DNA of 64,000 bases, taken from positions 18,602-82,601 of the forward strand of contig CAWDHA010000032.1 of NCBI GenBank assembly GCA_963801935.1, given 5' to 3'. Each line of letters starts with the position of its first letter. Within the stretch, counting starts at the first letter, position 1. Shown piece by piece: positions 48,915-59,892 of this stretch. Under the pieces are notes generated by a model. The model did not search any database. It had not been told where the DNA came from and saw only the letters and a list, made by a program, of their open reading frames with translations. The stretch comes from an uncultured delta proteobacterium. GTDB taxonomy: Bacteria > Desulfobacterota > Binatia > UBA9968. Position numbers and translations under genes: made by a program.

Positions 48915-50161
48915 ATGTCTCAATCGGTCGTTCAGATTTCCGGTCATATCATCGATTCCCTCATACTTGCCCAAGGTGCTCGACCTGATCGTCAGCCTTG
49001 GCGCCGAATTCGAAATTCTGAATATTCAGAGTCGGCCACAACGAAGCGATCGTAGTATCGCGCGCATTAAAGTCGAAGCCCCAAGTCCGGAACAGCTCGA
49101 TCAGCGTCCTTGCGAAAATCAGAGAGCATGGCGCGTTGCCCGAGCAGATCGAACAGGAATCGGTGGAACTCGAAGCGGCGCCTGCTCGATGGTGTTTTTC
49201 CCGAGCGCTTTTACGCGACAACCAACTTGGAAACCTGGGTGCGGCTCGAACAGCAATGGATCCTCGTCGAATCGATCGAGATGGATTGCGGTATTCGTGT
49301 CGATGCAGCCGCTCACAAAGCGCAATGCGTGCCGATGCATCGCGTCATGCACGGTGATCTCGTCGTGGTGGGCCAGCGCGGCGTCAAGGTCGTGCCTCTG
49401 GATCGCCAGCAGCCAGGCGCAGCCCCCTTCGAATTTATGACCAGCGCGGTGTCCACGGAACAACCCAAAGGACTGTTGATCCGCGAGATCGCGGAATCGA
49501 TGCAGCGCGTGCGCCGCGAGAACGGCCGCATACTGGTGGTGGCGGGACCGGGGCTGGTCCACACCGGCGCTTCGAAGTTATCTCGTCGAGCTGATTGAAA
49601 ACGGCTACGTGCAGGTTCTTTTCGCCGGCAACGGACTCGCCGTCCACGATATGGAATCCGACCTTTACGGTACATCGCTGGGCGTTTACGTGGATAAGAA
49701 AATTCGCGCCAGCGAAGGCCACGAACATCATCTCTGGACCATCAACCGCATCCGGCGCGCCGGCGGCATACGGCAAGCCGTCGAGCAGGGACGTGATTCG
49801 CAAGGGGATCTTTTATGCTTGCGTGAAAAACGGCGTGGAGTTCGTGCTCGCCGGATCGATCCGCGACGATGGGCCGCTACCCGACGTGATCACCGATACC
49901 TTGGCGGCGCAGGACGTCATGCGCGAGAAGGCGCGCGGCGTGAGTTTCGCGTTGATGATAGCGACCACCTTGCATGCCATTGCCACGGGCAATCTCTTGC
50001 CCGCGAGCGTAAAGACGGTATGCGTCGATATCAATCCCGCGGTCGTGACCAAGCTTACCGATCGCGGCACTTTCCAAGCGCTGGGTTTAGTGACCGACGT
50101 CGAGCCGTTCTTGCGCGAGCTGTGCAGCGACTTGGATTTAAAAACCGTATGCAGCTCTTGA
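48915..50161 (+). CDS. TIGR00300/LOR-SDH family protein (ornithine cyclodeaminase-like), frameshifted
   Basis: [54 protein letters not shown] and VTKLTDRG motifs. Confidence 0.85.
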
Positions 50162-50942
50162 TGTGCGCCGCCGGTTTATTACGGCATCGAGTACGAGATC
50201 AATCCGTGGATGAAGCGAAGCCGCCAGAGCGATGCCGGGCTGGCGCTCAAGCAGTGGACTGAATTACAGCGGGTGCTGGCCGAGAACATTACCGGCAGAG
50301 GTTCAGTTGATCGATGCCAAGCCCGGGCTCCCGGATATGGTGTTTACCGCCAATGCCGGCGTGGTTTGGCAAAACAAGTTTATCGTGAGCAATTTCCGCC
50401 ACGAAGTGCGCCGGGGCGAGGCGGCGCATTTCGCACAATGGTTTCGCGCCCGCGGAGTCGAGATCGTTCACTTACCCGAAGAGTATTACTTCGAGGGCGA
50501 AGGCGACCTGCTGCGCTGCGGTGAGTTGTGGTTTGCTGGCTACCATATCCGCTCCGACGTGCTGGCGCACCAGAAGGCGGCTGAAATTGTCGGACAGGAA
50601 ATACTTTCGCTGGAGTTGACCAGCGACTGGTTTTACCACCTCGATACCTGCTTCTGCCCGCTGTCGGACAAAGTCGCGCTTTATTACCCTTCTGCCTTTG
50701 ACGATTATGCGAAAACGGTACTGGAAAATCATATACCCGGTCTGATCCCCGTGCCGCAAGACGAGGCAGAGCGTTTTGCCTGCAACGCTGTCGTCGGCGG
50801 CAACAACATTGTCATGAACACGGGTTGCCCGGTGGTTCGCGCCAAGCTCGAGGACCTCGGCTTCAACGTATACGAAACGCCTTTGGATGAGTTTCTGAAA
50901 GCCGGCGGCAGCGCCAAATGCCTCACGTTGATCATCGACTAG
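50149..50942 (+). CDS. amidinotransferase/arginine dihydrolase-like protein, frameshifted at the 5' end
   Basis: [35 protein letters not shown] and [12 protein letters not shown] motifs. Confidence 0.88.
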
Positions 50943-51021
50943 ACGCTCTGCGGCGGAAGCTATGGCTCCCTTTTCCTTACACGCATGTCTCGCTCTGTCG
51001 TCATCTAAATAAGTGCGTCAG

Positions 51022-51104
51022 TGTCATGCTGAGCGATAGCGAAGCATCTCTGATCTTCAAGCTGCTACCAATCCGAGATTCTTCGCCCTTTGGCTCAGAA
51101 TGAC
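51022..51104. repeat. REP-like inverted pair (R7)
   Basis: tgtcatgctgagcgatagcgaagcatctc ... gagattcttcgccctttggctcagaatgaca. Confidence 0.75.
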
Positions 51105-51204
51105 ATTCAGAAACCGTCTCTTGGCGAGGGCAGGGAACGGCGGCGAATTGACAACCGCCGTGTCGCGGGTTTTAATTTTTGCTGTTAAATCCCGGAAGGA
51201 TATC

Positions 51205-51753
51205 ATGAGAAATCATGCGGCTTTTGCACTTCTAGTTGCGGTCCTTCTATCACCGGTAGGGGCGCACGCCGCGGAAGATAAAAAATCCACGCCGCGCGAT
51301 GACAACGGCCAGAGCTTGGAGGAACTCGGCAAAGACTTTCGCTCCTGGCTCGGGCGCTGGTGGGAATATATCGGCGGCGCCACGGCTCAGGAAGAGCAGC
51401 CGGTGATCTCGGTGCTGCTGCGCAACCGCGAGAAGCTCGGGCTCTCGGACGAGCAGATCAAAAAACTCGAGCAGCTACGCAGCGACTTTGAAAAACAAAC
51501 GATTCGTAACGAAGCCGATGTCCGGGTTGCCGAGATCGATCTCAACAATCTTTTGCAAACCACACCCGCTGATATGGCAAAGATCGAAGGAAAGATCCGC
51601 GAGATCGAACGGCTGCGCGCCGATCTCCGCATCGCGCGCATTCGCGCCATCGATCAAGGCAAGACGCTCTTGTCGGCCGAGCAGCGGAAAAGACTTCAGG
51701 AAATAATTTCGGACCAGCGCTTCACGCGCTTTCAGTTCTCGGGCGCGCGCTAG
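51205..51753 (+). CDS. Spy/CpxP family periplasmic protein
   Basis: Signal peptide; LGLSDEQ and LSAEQR (LTxxQ-type) motifs; TTGACA-N17-TTTAAT upstream at 51148. Confidence 0.8.
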   Translation: MRNHAAFALLVAVLLSPVGAHAAEDKKSTPRDDNGQSLEELGKDFRSWLGRWWEYIGGATAQEEQPVISVLLRNREKLGLSDEQIKKLEQLRSDFEKQTIRNEADVRVAEIDLNNLLQTTPADMAKIEGKIREIERLRADLRIARIRAIDQGKTLLSAEQRKRLQEIISDQRFTRFQFSGAR

Positions 51754-51916
51754 CAGCCCGTGGTGAAAGTGTGGCGTTGCACCGAGACGGGCGAGGCGCC
51801 CTGATGGCAAGGCGCGACGACCGAGAATATCGGGGAATATTTGAGCGAGGAGCAACGCAGCCAACGGGGATGCATCGCCCGTCGAATGCAGTCAGACTTT
51901 CACCACGGGCTACTAG
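51750..51916. mobile_element. MITE-like family R2
   Basis: 21-bp TIR CTAGCAGCCCGTGGTGAAAGT / ACTTTCACCACGGGCTACTAG (1 mismatch); left CTAG contains the Spy stop codon. Confidence 0.8.
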
Positions 51917-51955
51917 CTGTCGCCAGCTTGCTTTGCATTAGCTTTGCGATGAGCT

Positions 51956-52750
51956 TTACCGCTCCCACGTCATTACGAAAATTTCCGTGGGCGGCGGCAG
52001 CTCCTGCTTGGTGATTCTCAACAGCGCGCCGTTGATACTCTTCACTTTCGCGAAGCCTGCGGCGAATCGGTCGGCGCCGCCTTCCCACCAGTAATGTTCG
52101 GGGATGGCAATCCGCGGGTTGATTTGTTTCGTGACTTCGATAGCTTCAGCCGGCGTGACGGTGTACATGCCGCCGGCGACGGGCACCAGGAGGATATCGA
52201 TCTTGCCCAGGAGTTTGAGCTGGGGCGGCGTTAGATGATGCCCCAGGTCTCCCAGGTGAGCGATGCAGATATCATCGACGCGAAAGACAAAGATCGCGTT
52301 CTTGCCGCGCTGCAGCCCCTGGCTTTTATCATGATAGGCGGGCACCGAATAGACCGCGACGTCGCGGATCGTGGTGTGGACCTTCTGCCAGTTCTCGCCG
52401 CCCGGCGTCAGTCCCTCGAGGACCACCGGAGCCCCCTTGGCCATCCAGATGTGGCTGTGCGCGCCGTGCGGGTGGCTGGTGGTAACGATATGCTGGTCGA
52501 GCATGGGCCAACGCAAATCGCCGCGTCCATGCGGATCGGTGAGGATGCGCGTGCCCTTCGACGAGGTAATCTGGAAGGTCGCGTGGCCGAACCATTCGAT
52601 TTCGACCGGGCGTGTTTGGCTCGCGACGTAGCGCAAGCGCGGCCGGTTAACGACCTCGAGCTCGTGGCAAAAGCTCCACGCAAGCTGCGGCGCAACAATC
52701 GCGATCGCAATGAATGCCCATTTCGCTAATGCTGTTTTCCGTTTGAACAT
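51956..52750 (-). CDS. MBL-fold metallo-hydrolase (lactamase_B_3-like), exported
   Basis: WFGHATF, TDP, TTSHPHGAHS, AYHD, HLGDLGH and IPEHY motifs. Confidence 0.85.
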   Translation of the reverse strand: MFKRKTALAKWAFIAIAIVAPQLAWSFCHELEVVNRPRLRYVASQTRPVEIEWFGHATFQITSSKGTRILTDPHGRGDLRWPMLDQHIVTTSHPHGAHSHIWMAKGAPVVLEGLTPGGENWQKVHTTIRDVAVYSVPAYHDKSQGLQRGKNAIFVFRVDDICIAHLGDLGHHLTPPQLKLLGKIDILLVPVAGGMYTVTPAEAIEVTKQINPRIAIPEHYWWEGGADRFAAGFAKVKSINGALLRITKQELPPPTEIFVMTWER

Positions 52751-52862
52751 GGATCGGCTTGGGTTTCGCTTCTACTTTCCGCTTCAAGTAGACACAGCGC
52801 TCGTGATTCCCGTATTCGGATACGCACAGTGGCCTACTCTACATAATCCTTACTAGATTACG

Positions 52863-53034
52863 TCCGAGGAGCAAGTCTCTCCGGTCGTGGTTCGACATGC
52901 TCACCACCCTGAGTAAAGTCGAAGGGCGGCCCATGGGCCTGTACCTTGAGGAGACCTTTGAAATTTCGAAATTCGAATTTGCAATTCGAAATGTGATACT
53001 TCCGTGTCCGCTCTCTACCAGGCTTACTCCTCGG
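52863..53034 (+). repeat. Complete R3 element with one inserted module M (52886-52925)
   Basis: Ends CCGAGGAGCAAG / CTTACTCCTCGG; interior matches 1016-1152 apart from the insert. Confidence 0.82.
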
Positions 53035-53081
53035 ATGACACACGCTCTCAGTTTTCCACGAGCCATGAAATAATCCGGGCC

Positions 53082-53210
53082 TAGCAGGCTGCTCAAAAAG
53101 GCCCAGAGGCGAGGCGCGCGAAGAACGATCAGTGGAGGCGTACTCGTGTACGTTGACGCGCAATCGGGCGAGCGCAACGAAGCATATGGGTCTTTTTCAG
53201 CAGCCTGCTA
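53082..53210. mobile_element. MITE-like family R1, complete copy
   Basis: TAGCAGGCTGCTCAAAAAG ... CTTTTTCAGCAGCCTGCTA; right CTA is the stop codon of the gene at 53208-55463. Confidence 0.85.
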
Positions 53211-55463
53211 AATCATGCCCCACTTGCGCCTCATCCACCACTCAACGCTGAGTAGTACGAGAATTAAGGCGAAGGGCCACAGCGTGCTCCAGAGTTTGGT
53301 CTGGCGCTGCTCAACGATCGAAGACGGCGCGTGTTTCTCAAGCCTGGCGGCGATGATGTCGAGGCTCTTTTCATTCAAATCGCTGATCGAGAAGTATTCA
53401 CCCTGGCTGGTCTCGGCGATCTGCTTGAGTAGATCCAGCCGCGGCCGGCCGTCGTCGTTTTCGCCGAAGGGATAAGCGACGGCGAACCCCGCCCGGTCTT
53501 TGCCGAGCGCTTTTCCTGCCGAGCTGGCTTCCGCCTCAACGCGGTAAGCTCCTTCTTTCACCGGCGTGTATTCGCCGGCAAACTCGCCGTCTTCGCCACT
53601 GGCAGCGGCGGCGACCGCAGCGGGCTCGCCGTCCGGCCCGAACACGCGCAGCTGAACCGCTGCCTGGCGCGCCGGCGTAAAGTCATCGTTAAGCACGCGC
53701 AGCTTGATGCTGGTTTTCTCGCCGGGCTTGGCAAGCGCGATCGGTCGTATCTGTACTTGCTCAAAGGATGGTTCCTGGGCAAGCCAGCGCACCGACTGGC
53801 GCACGAGTTTTAAATGATTTTGCGGCGTCTCGCGGTTGCCCGCGGCGACGAAATTCCAACGCCACGCCTCATCACTCATCAGCGCCAGAGTGCGTCCTTT
53901 ACCGAAACGGCCCACGGTAAGGAGCGGCAGGGCGCCGCTCGCGCCGTCGGCGCTGGCTGTTAAGAGTGTTTCGCCGCGCGCGGCGCGCACCTGGTTATAG
54001 GCGGTGAGCGGCGGCATCTTGCCCCAGGTCTCTTCGTTGGAGCGTGGATCGGGCAGCAGGCGGGTGACCGGATGGGCTTTGCCCGCAGCGGTGAGCGCTG
54101 CGCGCAAGCTGCCGTCGTTTTGATAAGTTCCTTTGCCGTCGAGCTCCACGGGCAGAGCTTCTTTGAGCGCGCTCTCGCCGTAGCCGCCGCTATCGAAGCC
54201 GCGCACGCCGCCGAACATTGCCAGCCCGCCGCCATCACGCACGAAATCCCTGACGCGCTCGAGATACATGGGGTTGAAATAGGAGCGGTGCGAGAAATCA
54301 TCGAGAACGATGACGTCGAAATTTTTCAGCTCATCGAGAAAAAGATCGTCGATCGGAAACGGAATCAGACTCAAGCGGCTGTCCGGCACATCGACGCTGT
54401 CGGTCGGCGTGCGCAAGAACACGAACGATACCAGATCGATCAGCGGATCTTGTTTGAGCGCCATGCGCAGAAACCGGTAATTCCACGCCGGTGCGCCGGA
54501 CAAGGTCAGGACACGCAGCTTGTCGCGCTGGACATCGATCTTGAACTCTTTCTGGTTGTTCTGGTTGATCTGTTCGCCGGGTTGGACCGGCAGGGCTAGC
54601 GAAAAATTATGGGTGCCGAGGTCTTTAGGCGTAAAGCTCAAGGTGATTTTGTGCTCGAACGGGTCGGCGTCGATGTTTACCGAGCGGCTGATGATCAGAT
54701 TGCGCCCGCGGTTGAAATAGAGCGGCACGGTTTTGCCTTTCAGGCCGGACGCTTTGACGGTAAGATCGAGCTTGATCTCGCGCCCGCGAAAGGCGAACTC
54801 CGGGGCTTTCACTTCAGCGATGCGCAGATCGGTGAACCCTTCCGACTCGCCCACGCCGACGGCGAAGACCGGTACTGCTAGGGCCGGCAATCCTTCGAGA
54901 GTGGCGCGTTCGCCGTTAGTGATGCCGTCGCTGAAAATGACGACGGCGGATTGCCGGTTGGCGTCTTTTGCGGCAGCCTGGAGCGTCTCGACCAGACGGG
55001 TGCCATGATCTTGCGCGCTAAGATCGGCAAGGGCCGCCGGCGCAATCGGTTCGAGGCTTGCGCCAAAGCGAAACAGCCGAAGATCGTAGTCGCGATTGAG
55101 TCGATCGATCAGCGGCTTTGGGCCGGCTGTCAGCTTGGTCTTGGTCAGGTCGAGGCGGCTTTGTTTTTCAGCGCCGTTCGGTTTCGCGCTGTTTGGAAAG
55201 TTCATGCTCTGGGAGCTGTCGACCAGCACCGTCAAGGGCCGGCGCAATTGGGTCCGGCGTGTCTCAATGATGGCCGGGCCGAAAAGGAAAAAAAGCAACA
55301 CGGCGTAAACGCAAGCGCGCAGGACGACCAAAAAAAGCGACCGGCCGAGTAGAAGCCGCTGCCTGAGCTGGACATATTGCAAGCCCAGCAATGCGACAAC
55401 GGCGGCGGCTCCGAGCGCGATGGCCCACCAGGGGATACTGCCGATGAGATAAAGATCCTTCAT
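53208..55463 (-). CDS. membrane-anchored vWA plus glutamine amidotransferase-like domain protein (MoxR cluster)
   Basis: N-terminal TMs; DSSQSM MIDAS and FSDG; FVRDGGGLAMFGG; GKGR..WRW; C-terminal EWWMRRKWG. Confidence 0.82.
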   Translation of the reverse strand: MKDLYLIGSIPWWAIALGAAAVVALLGLQYVQLRQRLLLGRSLFLVVLRACVYAVLLFFLFGPAIIETRRTQLRRPLTVLVDSSQSMNFPNSAKPNGAEKQSRLDLTKTKLTAGPKPLIDRLNRDYDLRLFRFGASLEPIAPAALADLSAQDHGTRLVETLQAAAKDANRQSAVVIFSDGITNGERATLEGLPALAVPVFAVGVGESEGFTDLRIAEVKAPEFAFRGREIKLDLTVKASGLKGKTVPLYFNRGRNLIISRSVNIDADPFEHKITLSFTPKDLGTHNFSLALPVQPGEQINQNNQKEFKIDVQRDKLRVLTLSGAPAWNYRFLRMALKQDPLIDLVSFVFLRTPTDSVDVPDSRLSLIPFPIDDLFLDELKNFDVIVLDDFSHRSYFNPMYLERVRDFVRDGGGLAMFGGVRGFDSGGYGESALKEALPVELDGKGTYQNDGSLRAALTAAGKAHPVTRLLPDPRSNEETWGKMPPLTAYNQVRAARGETLLTASADGASGALPLLTVGRFGKGRTLALMSDEAWRWNFVAAGNRETPQNHLKLVRQSVRWLAQEPSFEQVQIRPIALAKPGEKTSIKLRVLNDDFTPARQAAVQLRVFGPDGEPAAVAAAASGEDGEFAGEYTPVKEGAYRVEAEASSAGKALGKDRAGFAVAYPFGENDDGRPRLDLLKQIAETSQGEYFSISDLNEKSLDIIAARLEKHAPSSIVEQRQTKLWSTLWPFALILVLLSVEWWMRRKWGMI

Positions 55464-55549
55464 ATTTTTTGGTTCGCGAGAGCGATTGAGTTTGTCGAGC
55501 TACTTACGTTGCCACAAATTCCTTCTGCGAGTTGAAACCTGTACCCGGA

Positions 55550-55656
55550 ATGTCATTCTGGGGCGCAGCCGAAGAATCTCGTCTTGGTAACCAGGGCCCG
55601 GTCGCGACCGGCCCCTACATGAAAATCCGAGATGCTTCGCTTTGCTCGGCATGACA
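55550..55656. repeat. REP-like inverted pair (R7)
   Basis: atgtcattctggggcgcagccgaagaatctc ... gagatgcttcgctttgctcggcatgacat. Confidence 0.75.
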
Positions 55657-55722
55657 TCAATGCGATCGCCAAACAGCCTCAAAACCGAGCCGGGATAGAT
55701 TCTAACCTGCGAGCCTTCATGA

Positions 55723-56493
55723 TTACTTCGTTAATCGCCGGCGAATGAACGGCACGTGAATCAAATCGTCCTTATAATTTTCGGTCATGGCATAAAGGAT
55801 GACGTTGATGCCAAGATGAAAAGCGTCACGGCGTTGTTCTTCGCCGCCGGGAGTGCAGGCACTGGTCCATTTGCCGAGTTGGTCGCGCTCCCAGGCGCCG
55901 CTGAGACCGTTTTGGCAATAGATCACCGGCGTCGAAGTGCCGACGTTAATGCCTTCCAGCGTAGCACTTGCGAGGCGCACGCCGCCGATGCGGCGCAGCA
56001 GGTAATAGCTTCTCAAGGCGGCATGGCTCGACGGAATGCGCTGGAAGTCATTTGTCGGAAAAACTCGTTTAAGCTCACGGCGTAACGCCTTATCGAAGCC
56101 ATAGCCTGCTTGCCCGAGGGCGTCGTCAGCGAGCAGAAAACCGCCGTAGGATAGAAAACGGCGCAAGGTCTCGATCTCTTCCGGCGTGAACGGCTCAAAC
56201 TCGTACTTACCGGTAATATAAAGAAACGGATAGTTGAACAAATCGCGGTCTTCCAGAGTGGCTTCGTGGCGCGCGCTCGCGGCCTCGACGCTGGTGCGCA
56301 GCATCAACTCTTCCATCAGCGGCGTCGCCGCCAGCGGATGGGGATTCCAATCGCCGCCGCGGTACTTGATCTGGGCAAAAACGAATTGAAAATTGCGCTT
56401 TTCCTTGGGATGGTTCGCCCATGCTGGCGCGGCCAATAGTCCCGTGCCCAAAGCTCCATGGGAAAGAACACGGATAAAATCTCGACGTTTCAT
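55723..56493 (-). CDS. DUF4159 domain protein with Tat-like signal
   Basis: KRRDFI twin-arginine; GGDW, YPFLYITG, GGFLLADD and GINVILYAMT motifs. Confidence 0.85.
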   Translation of the reverse strand: MKRRDFIRVLSHGALGTGLLAAPAWANHPKEKRNFQFVFAQIKYRGGDWNPHPLAATPLMEELMLRTSVEAASARHEATLEDRDLFNYPFLYITGKYEFEPFTPEEIETLRRFLSYGGFLLADDALGQAGYGFDKALRRELKRVFPTNDFQRIPSSHAALRSYYLLRRIGGVRLASATLEGINVGTSTPVIYCQNGLSGAWERDQLGKWTSACTPGGEEQRRDAFHLGINVILYAMTENYKDDLIHVPFIRRRLTK

Positions 56494-56588
56494 GTCAAGC
56501 TCTTCTAACCACGAATGATTCATGAGCTTACGCTCGCCCGCCCACAGACGATGAAAAATGGACGTACATTCCGGGGACAGGGCTCTTG

Positions 56589-56683
56589 AGGTTTCAAGTT
56601 TCTAGTCTCTGGTCTTCTCGTTAACATGAAGGAACTTTCAACCAGCTATCAACTAGAAACCAGAAACCTGAAACCAGAAACTA
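56589..56683. repeat. Heptamer hairpin (R5) without cargo
   Basis: AGGTTTC AAGTTTC TAGTCTC TGGTC ... AACTAG AAACCAG AAACCTG AAACCAG AAACTA. Confidence 0.78.
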
Positions 56684-56811
56684 CTATTCTTGGTATCCAG
56701 GTCCGCAGGACGCATCCGGAGACATCCATGTCAGCCCTGGTTTCCGGCAATCCATGCCGGGACGACGATCTCGCATCGTAGGGTTATGCAATTTGTTCAC
56801 GTCTATCTTGC

Positions 56812-58909
56812 TCAAAAGCGCTGCGCGAGCCAGCCTTCGAACAATAAGATTACAATGAGCAGGCCCAGTAACGGAAGGGCTATGTCCGTTCGTTTGCCGC
56901 CCTGCTCGATCGCTTCAACGGCAATGACTTCAACCTTGATCGGTCGAAGCTTGGCTTGCAGCTCGGATTCATTGATTTCATCGAGCCGCGATTCGAGAAA
57001 AGGTGAATTGACGGCGTAGAGTGGCGGCGCGCCAACGTCCTTCTCGGCTCCCGCCGGCAGCGCGAGGCGATAAAACCCCGCCTGCTCATTTTCTTCAAGT
57101 CGGACTATCGACCGATCTTTTTCGCCAACGATGTCGGTCTCGGATTGTTGTTTATCAGGATGGGTGACGCGGACACTCTTCCCGACCAGGCTCGCCGGCA
57201 GCGGGATTTCTTTTGTGCTGCCGACGGCAACGCCGTCGTCGAGCGCGCCCCGCTTGCCGCCGGCAAGATAGTTGGTCAACGATTGAATTAATGGCAGATA
57301 GGCGGTCTTAAGCGGCAGATCAGTCCAATCCCGGTCCGCCGACGTAGCTATGAAGATAACCCGTCCGGCTCCTACTTTATGCTCGAGGCATGAGCGGATC
57401 GCCGTTGCCGAGCGCGACAAGGACTGATTTGCCGGCGCCGGCGCCGCGGAAATATCCCCACACTCGAGAGCTTGTAAGCGACTCATGCAGTATTGCGTCG
57501 GTGAAACCGTTGAGCGCCGGATGGTCGAGGGCGATCTTGCCGATCTTTTCAGCCGAAGTCTCCAGTGCCACCTTCTTCTCGCGCAATTGCGCCGGCAATG
57601 CTTGGGCGAGCTTCTGATTATAGTTGTCGAGCTCCAACCGGTCGCCGCCGAACATCAGCAAGCCACCGCCTTGGGCAAGATAATTTCGCAGTTTTTGCGC
57701 CACGGTATCGGTGAGGCTGCCGACGTTGCACAACACCACGACATGATAAGATTCCAAGGCCGCCGCCGCTAGTCCATCCGCGACGGTCACCGTCGGAAGA
57801 TAGAGCGAAGTATCCTGGTCGCCGGCGGGATTCAGCGCGCGGCTCAGAAAAAAACTTTCGCTGCGAACGAGCGCGGTCTGCGGATCGCCGTCAACCACCA
57901 GGACGTTAAGCTTGTCTTGCGCATGGAGCGCGAAGTGGCGCCGCGGGCTGCCGGCGAAACCCTCTTTCTTGAGGATGATTTCTCCCATGTGGGCGCCCGG
58001 TTTGCTGATGCGCGATTGAAAATTTACGCTGGCCTCGCCGCGTGGCGGCACGGTGGCGAGCTTTTGTTCGCGAATCTCGCCGTTGATGCTCAATTGCACT
58101 AATAAATCTTTAATTTCCACCGCGCCGAAGTTGGCGAGCACCGCCTCGATCTGCAACGGCAGATTGACGCCGACGCCTTGAGCGCCGACTTTAACTTCCT
58201 TGACGGTGCCATTGAGCGGCTTGTTTTTAGCGCTCACGCGAATAGTCTTAAGCGGAATCGAAGGATCGTATTGCTTCAAGCTCGCGGTAGAAAACTGATC
58301 CCAGCCGGTGAGACCCATATCCGTGATCAAGCGAATCTCTTTCTGGCCCGCCGGCGCGCTCAGCAGCTCATAGGCTTTGTTCAACGCCGCCGTGAAGTTG
58401 GCGCTGCCATCGGCAATTTCGATGCCTTGCAGCTCGCGCATCAGGACTTCTCTCTCAGCTTTGAAACGAAACGCTTCCTTGCCGGAAATGTTGGTCGGGA
58501 TGATTGCAGCGCGATCGCCGGAATTGAGTGAATCGATGAAAGTACGCGCGGCTGCTTGCGCCTGTTTGAAACCGTCGCGATCGCCGCTCCAGGTCATGCT
58601 CAGGGAATTGTCGAGCACTATGACCAGGGAAACCGGGCCGGCGCCGGCGAACAGCCCGGCGCCGGTTTGAAAGATCGGATTCGCCAACAGCAGCGCAAGC
58701 AGAATGATCGCCAGGGTTCTAAGCGCCAGCAAAAGCCAGTGACGCAGGCGATAGCTGCGCGAGATTCGTTTTTGCGACAGCAGAATGAAGCGCACCGCGG
58801 GGAAACGGATGCGCTTCATCCGGCGACGGTTGAGCAGGTGGATGAGAACCGGCAAGGACGCGGCCATAAGGCCGAAAAGATAAATCGGGTGGAGAAAGAA
58901 AATCGACAC
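56812..58909 (-). CDS. BatA/vWA domain protein, frameshift near 57390
   Basis: PVLIHLLNRRR..FPA (BatA) and LDNSLSM MIDAS motifs; C-terminus is in ORF 56812-57486. Confidence 0.85.
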
Positions 58910-58913
58910 GCGC

Positions 58914-59807
58914 CTAGCCTCGCCAACTCAGATATCGGGCCAGCGCCTTGTCCAACGGCGTCGCCGTGGAGATCAACTGGTAGTCGATGGCGCTGTCGTG
59001 GCACTGTTTGCGCATCGCGTCGATAAACTCTTCGACCACTTGCTGATAGGTTTTCCGGATCGTCCTGGGATCGGCGATGACCCGCAGATCGAGCGCTTCC
59101 ATGTCCTCGAAAAGAATGTTGCCTTCGAAAGGCAGGTCGATCTCGGCCGGATCAAGTAGATGAAATACGATCACATCGTGGCCTTTGAAGCGAAACAACC
59201 GCAGCGCTTTGAGGATCTGTTCAGGCTCGTCGAGCAAATCGGAAATGAGAATCACCAGTCCGCGGCGCTTGATCTGTCCGGCGACTTCTTCGAGAATCTT
59301 GCCGACTTTAGTCTCGCCGGCGGCGCCGCGGTTCTCGAGCGCGTGCAAAATCTGGGTCATGTAATCGCGTTTGGCGCGCGGCGGCACGAAGCTCTCGATG
59401 CGGTCCGAGAAAGTGACCAGACCAGCGGCGTCTTGTTGCCGGAGAATGAGATAGGCGAGGGAGGCCGCCAAGGTGCAGCCGTAGTCAAATTTGGTAATGC
59501 CATCGGAAGCGTAATCCATGGATCCACTGGCGTCGAGGCAGAGGTAGGCGCGCAGGTTGGTTTCGTCTTCATACTCCTTGATGAAGTAGCGATCAAATTT
59601 TCCTAACGCCTTCCAATCGATGCGGCGGATCTCATCGCCGGGCGAGTACTCTCGGTGGGCTTCGAACTCGACGCTAAAACCTTTGGCGCGGCTGCGATGG
59701 ATCCCCGACATGATACCTTCGACCACGGTGCGCGCGCGCAGCGACAGATTAGCAATGCCCGCGAGCACCTTCGGATCGAAGTAATTTTTGTTGTCGCCGT
59801 TGGCCAT
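58914..59807 (-). CDS. DUF58 domain protein
   Basis: G.HRS..G.SVEF..HREY.PGDEIRRIDWK, DASGSM and ISD motifs. Confidence 0.93.
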   Translation of the reverse strand: MANGDNKNYFDPKVLAGIANLSLRARTVVEGIMSGIHRSRAKGFSVEFEAHREYSPGDEIRRIDWKALGKFDRYFIKEYEDETNLRAYLCLDASGSMDYASDGITKFDYGCTLAASLAYLILRQQDAAGLVTFSDRIESFVPPRAKRDYMTQILHALENRGAAGETKVGKILEEVAGQIKRRGLVILISDLLDEPEQILKALRLFRFKGHDVIVFHLLDPAEIDLPFEGNILFEDMEALDLRVIADPRTIRKTYQQVVEEFIDAMRKQCHDSAIDYQLISTATPLDKALARYLSWRG

Positions 59808-59892
59808 GCCTTGGTTCGGCAGAATCGCAGGTCAAGAAATCGAGATCGGAAAATGTTACGGGGCGATATTCGACAAAGGGCCGCTAGTTTTT

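Noticed and set aside
36865-50300. Programmed frameshifting or phase variation in cox and neighbouring genes
   Set aside because: Too many shifts per gene, in varied sequence contexts, without consistent slippery sites; sequencing error is more parsimonious.
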